Shown one piece after another: positions 33,001-42,035 of a DNA stretch of 64,000 nucleotides. The notes under the pieces are model-generated. The model saw only the letters and a program-made list of their open reading frames with translations, was not told the origin of the DNA and did no database searches. Within the stretch, counting starts at the first letter, position 1; each line of letters opens with the position of its first letter. Source of the stretch: a virus; IMG/VR virus record IMGVR_UViG_3300032241_002083, positions 25,717 through 89,716 of that record; one strand, given 5' to 3'. Position numbers and translations under genes: made by a program.

Positions 33001-36000
33001 CCGAATACCAAATTTTACCATTAAAAATACCACCATTAAAAGTTCCGTTATACCATGTTGAATTAGTGATAAATATTTGGTTACCAAATTGTCCACCATT
33101 AAATATACCATTTTCCCAAGAGCAATTTTGTTGTAATATATATGTATCTGTTGATATTATACTTATAGTAAATCCTGTGCCAAAACTTGATGAATTTGGT
33201 ATAGTTGGATAATTGCCTATTGTATAACTGGTGCCTTTATATAGTATTGTATAAGATGAAATATGATTTACTGATGTAGGATATAATATTGTATTAGCTA
33301 TATTAGAATATGTATATCCACTTCCAAAATTAGATAACGTAACTCCTGTAACATTTCCTAAATATCCAACAGATGTTACGATTCCAGAAGCTGTGCCACC
33401 ACTTATAGTAAAAGAATCACCCACTATATAGTTTGAACCAGGATCTGATATTATAATATTTGTTATAGGACCCTCATAGCCACTATATATTAATGTTGAA
33501 TATGTTGCAGAAGCTGAGAAACCAGAACCAAAATTTGTAAAATTAATTGAAGAAACACTTCCTCCTGGTGTGACATTTATTATGCCTGTAGCATAAGATG
33601 TGCCACTAAAATTAGGAACATAAATAATTTCAGATGCAGTATAACCATTACCTCCATGCCAAATTGAATAAGAAGCTATACTATATGTTGCATCAGAACT
33701 TACGCTGCCAACTAATAATACTAAACCATTACCAGAAATATTACCAACAGAATCTATTAATAAAGTTAAACCAGAACCAGTACTTATCGAATTAATAATT
33801 CCGTAAGCGTCATCATTTCCTCCATATATACTAAAAGTATCACCAATTGAAAATCCATAACCTGGATAGAGAGCAGTTGTGGAATAATGTGAAATATTAC
33901 TAGAAGTATAACCATATATTGATAAAAATTTTCCATTGTTAAATACACCATCTTTCCATTTAGCAAATCCATCAAAAATTCCACCATTAAAAGAGCCTTT
34001 ATACCAAATTGATTCTGATGTATTTCCAAAACTTGTAAATTGTCCATCGTTAAATTGCCCTTGAAACCAATAAACATTTGAATTTCCACCAATAATTGCA
34101 TTTTCAACTATACCGTTATAGAAATATGTTTGAGTTGCTCCAAATGAAAGATTTAGTAAATTTCCCATTGTGGTTGTTGATTTTGGTGAGTTTTTTAATC
34201 CTAAAATACCATTATTCCAAATGCCTCCAAGCCAATTAGAATAATATAATCTACCATTATTGAATGTTCCATCTATCCAAATTGAGTTATAAAATTGCCC
34301 AGAATTAAATTGCCCATAATTCCAAGAACGGAAATATCCAACTGCTATATTATCAAAAGATAATAAGGAAGCAGTTAAACTATTCGAATTTATGAAATAT
34401 CCATTATTAAATAACCCATTTAACCAGTAGCTATTATTAAAAACTCCATTTGAAAAAGTTTGTGAAGAAAATAGACTATTATATGATATAGCATTATTCC
34501 AATTAGTATTTAATACATGTGATTTGTAAATATAACCACTGTTATATTGATTATTATCATCTTTTAACAAAGTGTTAATGAATCTTAGTTGGTTTATATT
34601 TAATAAATTAAGATTTTGATCTGTAGTGTCAAAATTGCTATTATAAATTGTTGAATTTATAATTAAAGGAGTTTTAAATAAACCAGATTCGATTATTGAA
34701 TTTTTTATTATCAATCTATTTACACTTATATAATTAGGTTGAAAGTTACTAATTGAAAATGTTCCTCCATATGTTAAGCCTAATATGTTGTTAGTTACTT
34801 CTGTGACGTATAATTGTCTCCAAGTTGAAATTGTAGTGATGCTATCAACTTTAAATGTTCCAAAAAAAGAAGTTACATTATTAAAAGGGTCTGTATAATC
34901 AATGCCATTTATCCAAATATAGTCGCCTATATTAAAAGTATCATATTGATTATATACATTATTACTAATTTTTATATTCATTGAATTAGTAACACCATAT
35001 ATAAGCGATAACCCCAAATTGCTACCATTAATTAAAATTTTCGAAGAATTATCGTTAATATAACTACCACTTTCCCAAGTTGTGTCTGTTATTATTCCAC
35101 TTTTAAAATCAGAAATGCATAATGTTGTATTTGTAAATAGACTATTTACATTATCAATTGTTAGAACAGAAGCGGTGGCATAGATAGGATAAGTTCCATT
35201 ATTATACCAATAAATTGCACTACCCAAATCAATATCAATAGAAGCCATTGGTGTTGAATATGCGACCCATTGAGTTGTAAATGATGAATTAATATAACTG
35301 CTATAAATATTTTCATTAGCATTTTTTGTTGATACAATTATAGTATCTGAACTTAAATCAAAATTATTAAAATAATCTAGAATATATTTATTTTCAAGAT
35401 TTAACCAAACTTTATTTTCGTCATTAAATGAAGATAAATAAAATTGTTTATTCATTGATTTAATGTAAAACGTTTCAAAATCTTCCAATCTCAATAAATC
35501 TGTATCAGATATAAAAAGTTTTAAAACACCTCTATTTGAACCACTTATATTATATGACCATAAATCTGCTTTTAAAATATTTATTCCATTATCAGAATTA
35601 TATGTGCCTGTTGAAACACTATTATAAATTTGATTAGAAGACAATCTGTTATTTATAAGTTGTGAGTTTATTATATTCGAATCAAATATTTTTGAATTAC
35701 TTAATAGGGTTGTATTTATATCACATCTTTGAAAATAACCATTAATAGAAGTTATAGAATAAGAGAAACTCAAACCATAATAAACATCAATTGTATTTAC
35801 ACCATAATTTGTTAAACCTAAATTGCAATTTATAAAATTGCCATTATTTATATTTATTTCATAAATATCAGAATCTATTATATAGTTAAACCCATTTCCC
35901 TTGTTATTTGTAAAATCTGTTGATTGAACTGGCTTTCCATTATCATCTATTTTAGCATAATAATTTTCAGTTTTTTGATTTATTCTTGAATAAGCAGGAT

Positions 36001-37021
36001 AATTATAATTTATATTTCTTGATGCTGTTGTAGAATTAATAGTTATTGGTGATGTTATTAAAATTTCACTACTGTTAAAAAATGGTGACAATAATGATGT
36101 ATTTGAATTACTAAAAACAGGAGTTATAGTATCTGATTTAGAATTCATTATTCCTGAAATCCAATTAGAATTTATAAAAATTCCTGAATTCCAAATTGAA
36201 TTTCCATACCAATTATTAGAATTAATATATGTGCCAAAAATACCATCATTCCAATTTCCGTTAAATTGCCCACCTCTGAAATTTAATTTAGATATGTATG
36301 GTTTGTATGAAGTTATATCAAACTCCCATGAATTTAATTGCTGATTAAATGAATAAATACCATTTTGTTTTAATATTGTATCTCCTACTATAATGTCTTC
36401 ACCTAATATTAACAATTTACCATTATTATATAGAGAATAAGTTGGAATTCCAGAAGTTTTTATATAAAATGAAGAAGTTCCAAGAAGTGCATATGGGGAG
36501 CCCCCAATTATATTCCATATTGATATTGCAGATAAATTTGTAGTTCTTTGATAAAACCCATAACTTATATCACTATAAGTTCCAAATATATTTGTAGAAC
36601 CAAAAAAATACGAATCTGTATAAACTATATTATTTGATAAACCATACTCAAATTTATTTTGAAATCCATTATATGTATTAATTGTAATATTATTAATATA
36701 ATCAAAATCATGTTGGTTTTTTATATGATAAATTTTTATATAATTATCGGGAGAATCTTGGTTAAATGGCAGAGTTCCTGTGTAATCTATATCTAAAATT
36801 ATGCGGCATCTATCAATAGATATTACGGTATATCCATCAGTTCCAGATGAAAAATTATTAGAAGATATGAAATTATCAGAATCATAATTACCATTAATTA
36901 TAAAAACTTTATCACCAACTTCTAAATTAGTTGCAAATTCAGAATAAAATGCTGTTTTATTAACACCATTTATATTAACTGATTCAACATAATTAAGTAA
37001 TCCAGAAGAAAATTTTCCCAT
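30029..37021 (-). CDS. 2330-aa putative virion protein with W/F-x-x-G-x pentapeptide repeat blocks and GSGY/GNGY repeats
   Basis: N/S/T/G-rich; WLNGLFNNGYF, WQNGIFNGGY, WLNGTWLYG; related to the window-start protein. Confidence 0.7.
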   Translation of the reverse strand: MGKFSSGLLNYVESVNINGVNKTAFYSEFATNLEVGDKVFIINGNYDSDNFISSNNFSSGTDGYTVISIDRCRIILDIDYTGTLPFNQDSPDNYIKIYHIKNQHDFDYINNITINTYNGFQNKFEYGLSNNIVYTDSYFFGSTNIFGTYSDISYGFYQRTTNLSAISIWNIIGGSPYALLGTSSFYIKTSGIPTYSLYNNGKLLILGEDIIVGDTILKQNGIYSFNQQLNSWEFDITSYKPYISKLNFRGGQFNGNWNDGIFGTYINSNNWYGNSIWNSGIFINSNWISGIMNSKSDTITPVFSNSNTSLLSPFFNSSEILITSPITINSTTASRNINYNYPAYSRINQKTENYYAKIDDNGKPVQSTDFTNNKGNGFNYIIDSDIYEININNGNFINCNLGLTNYGVNTIDVYYGLSFSYSITSINGYFQRCDINTTLLSNSKIFDSNIINSQLINNRLSSNQIYNSVSTGTYNSDNGINILKADLWSYNISGSNRGVLKLFISDTDLLRLEDFETFYIKSMNKQFYLSSFNDENKVWLNLENKYILDYFNNFDLSSDTIIVSTKNANENIYSSYINSSFTTQWVAYSTPMASIDIDLGSAIYWYNNGTYPIYATASVLTIDNVNSLFTNTTLCISDFKSGIITDTTWESGSYINDNSSKILINGSNLGLSLIYGVTNSMNIKISNNVYNQYDTFNIGDYIWINGIDYTDPFNNVTSFFGTFKVDSITTISTWRQLYVTEVTNNILGLTYGGTFSISNFQPNYISVNRLIIKNSIIESGLFKTPLIINSTIYNSNFDTTDQNLNLLNINQLRFINTLLKDDNNQYNSGYIYKSHVLNTNWNNAISYNSLFSSQTFSNGVFNNSYWLNGLFNNGYFINSNSLTASLLSFDNIAVGYFRSWNYGQFNSGQFYNSIWIDGTFNNGRLYYSNWLGGIWNNGILGLKNSPKSTTTMGNLLNLSFGATQTYFYNGIVENAIIGGNSNVYWFQGQFNDGQFTSFGNTSESIWYKGSFNGGIFDGFAKWKDGVFNNGKFLSIYGYTSSNISHYSTTALYPGYGFSIGDTFSIYGGNDDAYGIINSISTGSGLTLLIDSVGNISGNGLVLLVGSVSSDATYSIASYSIWHGGNGYTASEIIYVPNFSGTSYATGIINVTPGGSVSSINFTNFGSGFSASATYSTLIYSGYEGPITNIIISDPGSNYIVGDSFTISGGTASGIVTSVGYLGNVTGVTLSNFGSGYTYSNIANTILYPTSVNHISSYTILYKGTSYTIGNYPTIPNSSSFGTGFTISIISTDTYILQQNCSWENGIFNGGQFGNQIFITNSTWYNGTFNGGIFNGKIWYSGIFTNGIFNGSATFSVYKNESNFVNSFTNNNYYGIWLDGFVVTETHLGDPSQRVYPVVPRYNDTKIISKNVTFQNMLWLGGTFSNSSGIINNSAWLNGTFEDGQFNNSAFNPFIDQSLSGSTNSNNFNFNFNNSCIWLNGKLNNSTFYISQWQNGIFNGGYMLGGIWLNGTWLYGTAENIYWQSGLWRNGNWFGTNYDVNSIDTDSMIITNPEAKYVIYNIANWTNETSIHILNIFTGSSVEMIVNPNMSPSGFGWTHSGLLWNWKSNYNKHYWHETSIGGSYTYNWIGETISQPNYQLTYTYSSTSTLYALNSIGTKDIFTDYSSSYTIIITGYIDYPYAPGISTTHPISPIIPHISPVGVVVNVGYTSSTTLCGIGSFTITLNYTAEDIAYWASGTNKSFSIYRTAPLNPYIEEVVILSAQVIESKINYNKNLNNTQYNIWGSSSSITLSATISLPSNIIPETPWNIPVMFGNGQFYSGIWENGVWNNGWRNDSTLTLCDLYLGGSYIRVDSVTHRIQLQFLNDSALPIFNIGDYVSVGNVVGLDINNQRIILRDKFKVVYVDTTNPYDNIVLEYILTTPINYITKDSPNHLIYLSKNVWLSGAFLSGYFSGIWNYGLFKGFPYITEMKDSHLIDGIFDGGHFISSIATASNLKYATSVTYDTGLVQNFIFKDENIGTGTSSLYLSWIDVNYQTTSQVNINTKTTIYETSPIGTYSYYQNRKNLYGSPTFDILSSNSYFKDSITTNTNNYSLGYSSTIYGNLIPNSGNFDSPASSDITNLGLNSLLNNGWTFSNLLGGITHITSNVTYDTSDILSITFSGYNGIVIDNIDISTTQNRYYQISMNLTTYTASNLVFGNIYDSTNFNHALTTNLIKTEWFYNKQQLNLFLVGTNSQISINNLSFYETDMIPFFEYATESDISQTIYPSYIAYAPYIDYTNANFNYIGNVVLSINPTEIGYTGSFYSPAIFTGYTLPLASSVETTPSLRSF

Positions 37022-37064
37022 TCTATATATATCCCTTTAATGTATATATAAAAAGGTTTATTTT

Positions 37065-37628
37065 CTAATAGGTGGATTTTACATATTCTACTAATTTAGT
37101 TAAATTACCAGAATTAAGAGGATATTTTTCTACAAGTGATTCTAAAAAATTTAATCTACCTTCTTTATATGCTTCGCCTGTAAAAGAATATTCTTTATGA
37201 ATGCCTTTTTCCCATTCTAAAAGAGATTCATAATTTTTTTCTACTATATTCATATCATATTTGTTAAATAATTGTGAAAGATAATTTTCCCCTATATGAA
37301 ATTGTGTATCAATAATAGCTTGTTTTATATCTTTGATATGAATGTTATTTTTATCATTACAGAGAGATTCAAAAAATTTAGCTGATTGTAATTCGTTATC
37401 TGTATTTTGCGGATTATAAATTATATCATGAAATAAAGCGGTTAATAATAATTTTTCTGTTGTTTTTTCATTTAATTTGCCTGATACAAAATCATTTGTA
37501 ATCATGTTGTTTAAATCTACTAAATGATCTAAATTATGATAGCCTCTATGTGGTTCATTCCACATTTCTAAAAGCATGTTTATATTTGCTTTAATGTTAT
37601 ATTTTTCTAATAATTGATGAAATTTCAT
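37065..37628 (-). CDS. HD-superfamily phosphohydrolase
   Basis: EPHRGYHNLDH, ALFHDIIY, NE..SA, EYS, GR..FL. Confidence 0.8.
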   Translation of the reverse strand: MKFHQLLEKYNIKANINMLLEMWNEPHRGYHNLDHLVDLNNMITNDFVSGKLNEKTTEKLLLTALFHDIIYNPQNTDNELQSAKFFESLCNDKNNIHIKDIKQAIIDTQFHIGENYLSQLFNKYDMNIVEKNYESLLEWEKGIHKEYSFTGEAYKEGRLNFLESLVEKYPLNSGNLTKLVEYVKSTY

Positions 37629-37684
37629 AATATAATTAATTTTTTATATTATATATATTTGTTTCACAAAGATACGAAAATTAT

Positions 37685-37715
37685 TTTGAGAATTAAATTT
37701 TTTAATTTAATTTTG
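37685..37715 (+). promoter_or_regulatory. Bacteroidota-type promoter
   Basis: TTTG-N19-TAATTTTG upstream of the coaE-like gene. Confidence 0.65.
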
Positions 37716-37725
37716 ACAAAAAACT

Positions 37726-38322
37726 ATGTTTAAAGTAGGACTTACTGGTAATTATTTTTCGGGATTAGAAGATGTTGCAGAGGTATTTAAAAGATTTAAT
37801 ATACCTGTTTTTGAGGCAGATTTAATTGTAAGATTTTTCTTATATAATAATTCAGAAACTATTACAAAAATTAAAAATGAATTCGGAAAATCCGTGTTTA
37901 CAGATAATCAAATTGATTTAAATAAATTTGGAGATACTGATGGTTTTAAAAAACTGCTTGCGGTGATTGAATTAGATTTATTAAAAGCATATGAAAAATG
38001 GAGACAAAAAAATCAAAAATCTAAATTTACAATTTTCAAATCTTCTATAATTTTTGAGGCTGGTTGGAATGAGAGTATGAATTTTAACATTTCAGTTTTT
38101 AAACCTAATGGTGTAAGAATAAACGAAATACAAAGGCATTTTAAAATGAAATTAACTGATGTTTATAAAATGATTGATACAGAAATGGATGTTTTTCAGA
38201 AAAACCGTTTATGTGAATATGTAATTCATAATTATAATACTTATGCAGATTCAGTTGAAAAGCAAATTAATTCAATTACAAAATCTATTAAAGATAAGGC
38301 TACTTCAAGTATTATATACTAG
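37726..38322 (+). CDS. coaE: Dephospho-CoA kinase-like protein with degenerate P-loop
   Basis: KVGLTG, PVFEAD, FG..VF, IFEAGW, YVIHN; P-loop GNYFSGLE lacks GKS. Confidence 0.65.
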   Translation: MFKVGLTGNYFSGLEDVAEVFKRFNIPVFEADLIVRFFLYNNSETITKIKNEFGKSVFTDNQIDLNKFGDTDGFKKLLAVIELDLLKAYEKWRQKNQKSKFTIFKSSIIFEAGWNESMNFNISVFKPNGVRINEIQRHFKMKLTDVYKMIDTEMDVFQKNRLCEYVIHNYNTYADSVEKQINSITKSIKDKATSSIIY

Positions 38323-38356
38323 TAAAAAAGTTACTCAAATGAGTAACTTTTTTACT
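38321..38356. terminator. Bidirectional intrinsic terminator
   Basis: AGTAAAAAAGTTACTC-AAAT-GAGTAACTTTTTTACT. Confidence 0.85.
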
Positions 38357-38613
38357 TATGGTTGTTGAATTTTGATTGTAAAATCTTCATTTTTTTTAAC
38401 TTGCTCTTTAAAGGATTCAAGTGCTTTTGCTATTAAGGCTCTATCTAAATCATTAAATATATCAGAGTTGTCATAACAAACTTGAACGGCATTTATAATA
38501 ATGTTAAGTGCCATAGTTGTATTAATAACTGGTGTGTTTAAGATTTCTTTAATTTCTTCCATTTGTTTTTGCATATCTGGAGTAATATCGATTTCTGGTT
38601 TTGTTTGTTCCAT
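38356..38613 (-). CDS. Hypothetical protein
   Basis: ORF track. Confidence 0.6.
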   Translation of the reverse strand: MEQTKPEIDITPDMQKQMEEIKEILNTPVINTTMALNIIINAVQVCYDNSDIFNDLDRALIAKALESFKEQVKKNEDFTIKIQQP

Positions 38614-38634
38614 AATTTATTTTATTTTTATATA

Positions 38635-39654
38635 TCAATTTGATAATTCACCCTTAATTGCTGGCGAAGATTCATAATTTATTAATTTTATATCGGTATA
38701 ATCTATATTAAAAATAGATTTATTTGCGATTTCTATTGTTGGTAATTTATACGTTTTTTGATGTAATTGTTTATTACATTGTTCCAAATGATTTAGATAG
38801 ATATGACAATCACCACCAGAAAATATTAATTCTTCTGGAATCATATTGACTTCTTTTGCTAATAGATGTAGAAGCAAGCCATATGAGGCTATATTAAATG
38901 GAATTCCTAAGAAAACATCGCAGCTGCGTTGTGTCCATTTTAGGCTTAAAGCTCTTTTTGGAACATTTTGTTGATCTAACTCATAATCCTTCCAATCAAC
39001 TTTATATTTTGGATTTTGATACGCTGTGTTAAAATACCATTTATTTCTTTCTTCGATTGACATTTCTCTTGTATAACATTGAAATCCATAGTGACATGGC
39101 GGCAAAACCATTTTGTCAATCTCACCAACGTTCCAGGCATTCACCATTAACCTTCTTGAATCTGGATTTGTTTTTAAATCATTTATTAAGTTTGTGATTT
39201 GATCAACGTAAATATCATAATCAGTATTTCCCATATTACCTTCACCACGTCCAGACTTCCATTTTCTCCATTGTGCACCATAGACAGGTCCTAATTCTCC
39301 CCATTTAGCGACAAATTCATCATCTATTTTTATTTTTTCAATAAATTCTTCTCTGCTTAAATCGTTGTTAAATTTTGTATAGTTTTTATAAGCATCGCCT
39401 ACCCAAATATAACAACCATTATCTACTAAATATTTTATATTTGTATCACCTCTAAGGAACCAAATAAGCTCAATAACCATTGATTTCCAAGCCATTTTTT
39501 TAGAAGTAAGAAGAGGAAACCCCTCTTGCATATTAAATCTCATGTCATAACTGAAAATCGATTTAGTTCCGGTTCCAGTTCTATCTTTTTTCTCTACACC
39601 AAATTCTTTTATTTGGCGAATAAAGTCGAAGTATTGTTTATCTACGCTATTCAT
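38635..39654 (-). CDS. thyA: Thymidylate synthase
   Basis: DRTGTGT, FPLLTSK, ELIWFLRGDTN, LGPVYG.QWR, LPPCH, QRSCD.FLG.PFNIASY, HIYLNH. Confidence 0.97.
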   Translation of the reverse strand: MNSVDKQYFDFIRQIKEFGVEKKDRTGTGTKSIFSYDMRFNMQEGFPLLTSKKMAWKSMVIELIWFLRGDTNIKYLVDNGCYIWVGDAYKNYTKFNNDLSREEFIEKIKIDDEFVAKWGELGPVYGAQWRKWKSGRGEGNMGNTDYDIYVDQITNLINDLKTNPDSRRLMVNAWNVGEIDKMVLPPCHYGFQCYTREMSIEERNKWYFNTAYQNPKYKVDWKDYELDQQNVPKRALSLKWTQRSCDVFLGIPFNIASYGLLLHLLAKEVNMIPEELIFSGGDCHIYLNHLEQCNKQLHQKTYKLPTIEIANKSIFNIDYTDIKLINYESSPAIKGELSN

Positions 39655-39685
39655 AAAAATTATAATAGTAAATAAAAAAAAGTTT

Positions 39686-39727
39686 AAATAAAAAAAAGCC
39701 GCACATATGTGCGGCTTTTTTTTATTT
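39686..39727. terminator. Intrinsic terminator after the bS1 gene
   Basis: AAATAAAAAAAAGCCGCACAT/ATGTGCGGCTTTTTTTATTT palindrome. Confidence 0.85.
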
Positions 39728-39736
39728 AAACTTTAA

Positions 39737-40849
39737 TTATGCTACTGATAAATAAATCTTACGATTTGATCTTTCAATTGCTATAACTTTAACTTTTGCT
39801 GTTTGACCTTCGTTAAAAGTTTTCCCAACTTTCTCTAATTCGGAAGAGTGAATAAGACCGATAGTTTCTTCATCTAACCAAACAAGAGTTCCAAATCCTT
39901 TGTTTTCTTTAACTTTGGCATTTAAAATTTGTCCAATTTTTAAAGTGTCCCATAAAGTTTCCTTTAAAATCTGTGTTAAGATTATTTTAGAATCTTTTAT
40001 GATTTCTTTAACATAAAACTGAATTTCATAACCAGGCTGAATTTGCTTGATTTTATCTTGCCATTCTGGGTCAATATTTGTTTTATGAATCATGCCGGTT
40101 AAACACTCGTTAAATTCAACGAATACACCAAAATCAGTAGTGCCTGTAACATGTCCTGTATAAACATGTCCTAATTTTAATTCTTTAATTGCTTCTGGAA
40201 TTAAACTTTGTAGGAATTTTCTTCTACTTACGATGTAAGTTCCTTCTTCTCTTGAATAAGATTCAATCATAACTGGAAGAGATTTTCCAACAATTGATTC
40301 TGGTTCAGAGAGTTTGTTAATACCTGCCAATGTATTTGGCATAAATCCTGGTAAAATGATTGTTTCGTATTGTAACTCGACATTGTAACCAGCTGGTGTT
40401 AATTCTTTAATGAAGGCTACAATACTTTCTTCTTCTTTTAGAGCTTTAATAGTATCGTGTGCTTTTGACTCATAAAGTCCTGCAACGGTTCCTTCAATGA
40501 AGTAATTAGAATTATTGACCTTTGAAATTAGTAGGTCAATCTCATCACCGAGATTAAGTGTTTTGAAATACTTAAGTTCGCCTGTTTTATTTTCAACACG
40601 AACATAATCTTTGAAACCACCTTCAAACATAAGTGAGTCTTTGTTTTGCCCAACATATGTTAAAGTATAAACTTCTCCTTGAATTGGAACATTGACTACT
40701 AATGAATCGTAGAGTGAATCTAAAAGAGCTTTTTGAATAGCTAGTTGTTTGTCTGTTTTAACTTCAGTGTCAAAATCGAAGTTAAAATCTTGGTTTGAAG
40801 AAAAATACTTTTTTCTTTTTTCTTTGTAGATAATGGTTTTTTTACCCAT
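39737..40849 (-). CDS. rpsA: Ribosomal protein bS1-like protein (multiple S1 OB domains)
   Basis: GFMP, IVSRR, G.VTGTTDFGVFVE...GMIH, FG.LV.LDE...GLIHSSEL, RKIYLS. Confidence 0.8.
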   Translation of the reverse strand: MGKKTIIYKEKRKKYFSSNQDFNFDFDTEVKTDKQLAIQKALLDSLYDSLVVNVPIQGEVYTLTYVGQNKDSLMFEGGFKDYVRVENKTGELKYFKTLNLGDEIDLLISKVNNSNYFIEGTVAGLYESKAHDTIKALKEEESIVAFIKELTPAGYNVELQYETIILPGFMPNTLAGINKLSEPESIVGKSLPVMIESYSREEGTYIVSRRKFLQSLIPEAIKELKLGHVYTGHVTGTTDFGVFVEFNECLTGMIHKTNIDPEWQDKIKQIQPGYEIQFYVKEIIKDSKIILTQILKETLWDTLKIGQILNAKVKENKGFGTLVWLDEETIGLIHSSELEKVGKTFNEGQTAKVKVIAIERSNRKIYLSVA

Positions 40850-40954
40850 TCTTTTTAAATTTTAAATGATTGCAAAATTGCTTGCTTGTTATTATTAGTT
40901 AAAATTACTTAAAAGTTTTGAATTAAAAAAAATTTTTTTGAATAATTTTTTTTA

Positions 40955-41326
40955 TTATTCGTTTTCTTTTTTATATCCCATTTTAATCATATAATCTCTA
41001 ATTCGTATAGCATCTTCATATTTTTCTAAACGGAGACATTCTTCAAGTTTTTTAGTTAAATCTTCTAGAATTTTTTTAGGATTTTTCTTTTTGGATTTAT
41101 ATGATTCGTCAAATACATTATAATAATCGTTCATTTCATCTAAATCCTTAAAATAAGGAATTGGATTATCTTCTAAATCTGATAGTTTTTCAGATTCAAC
41201 CAATAATTTTAAAAATAAATCGTTAAACGCAATATTATCTAATAAGTATTTGGCCAAATGATTTGGACGATTTTGAAACATTTTTAATAATCGCACGAGA
41301 TTTCTGTAAATCTTTTCTTCTGACAT
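40955..41326 (-). CDS. Protein with C-terminal UVR (UvrB/C) motif
   Basis: LEECLRLEKYEDAIRIRD. Confidence 0.65.
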   Translation of the reverse strand: MSEEKIYRNLVRLLKMFQNRPNHLAKYLLDNIAFNDLFLKLLVESEKLSDLEDNPIPYFKDLDEMNDYYNVFDESYKSKKKNPKKILEDLTKKLEECLRLEKYEDAIRIRDYMIKMGYKKENE

Positions 41327-41355
41327 ATTATGTATAGTTTGGTGTAATTAGAAGT

Positions 41356-42033
41356 TTATATTTTACTAAAATATAAATTAAAATAATAATTAAAATTAAA
41401 TTTTGTGTTATTTTGAGTTTGTGTGAAAGAAATTGTATCTATCATTTTATTTGTATCTAAATTAGAAGTATAAGTCGTTACTAAATTTGCTTCTATTGCA
41501 ATACTTTCATCAAAAATATTATTATTTACCAATAAAGGTGGATTACTATTTGCTATATTATTGTAAGATATAAATAAATCAACCTTTGATAACTGATAAA
41601 TATTAATTAAATTATCAGCAATATAAGATGTTAAAGCAACATTAACATCATTATTTAAGGTTATATTATTTGTAATACCTTCAAATGTCCTATAATTTTT
41701 TAAAGTTGCAAATAAAAAGTTTTGTAAAATATTACCGTAATTTATAGTAAGAATCCAAGAACCATTTGTATTAGATTTATTTTGTATAAGAGAGCTATTA
41801 TTAGATTTATCATTAGATGCATTGTATAATACCGGAGGTAATAAAATTTCGGAATTAATATTAGTTTGCTCACCATTAAGTTGTTGATAATAAACTATAC
41901 TTTGGTTCAGTATAGATAATGCTTCTTCATATTTGATTAACTTAGAACCAAAAAAAGATTTTTTTTCTTTCATAGAAAGAGTTCCAAAAACATTATTATA
42001 GTTAAATTCAGGAGATATATGTGTAATTTTCAT
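41356..42033 (-). CDS. Putative virion protein
   Basis: Start MKITHISPEF at 42033 directly after upstream gene; N-rich composition like its neighbours. Confidence 0.55.
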   Translation of the reverse strand: MKITHISPEFNYNNVFGTLSMKEKKSFFGSKLIKYEEALSILNQSIVYYQQLNGEQTNINSEILLPPVLYNASNDKSNNSSLIQNKSNTNGSWILTINYGNILQNFLFATLKNYRTFEGITNNITLNNDVNVALTSYIADNLINIYQLSKVDLFISYNNIANSNPPLLVNNNIFDESIAIEANLVTTYTSNLDTNKMIDTISFTQTQNNTKFNFNYYFNLYFSKI

Positions 42034-42035
42034 TT

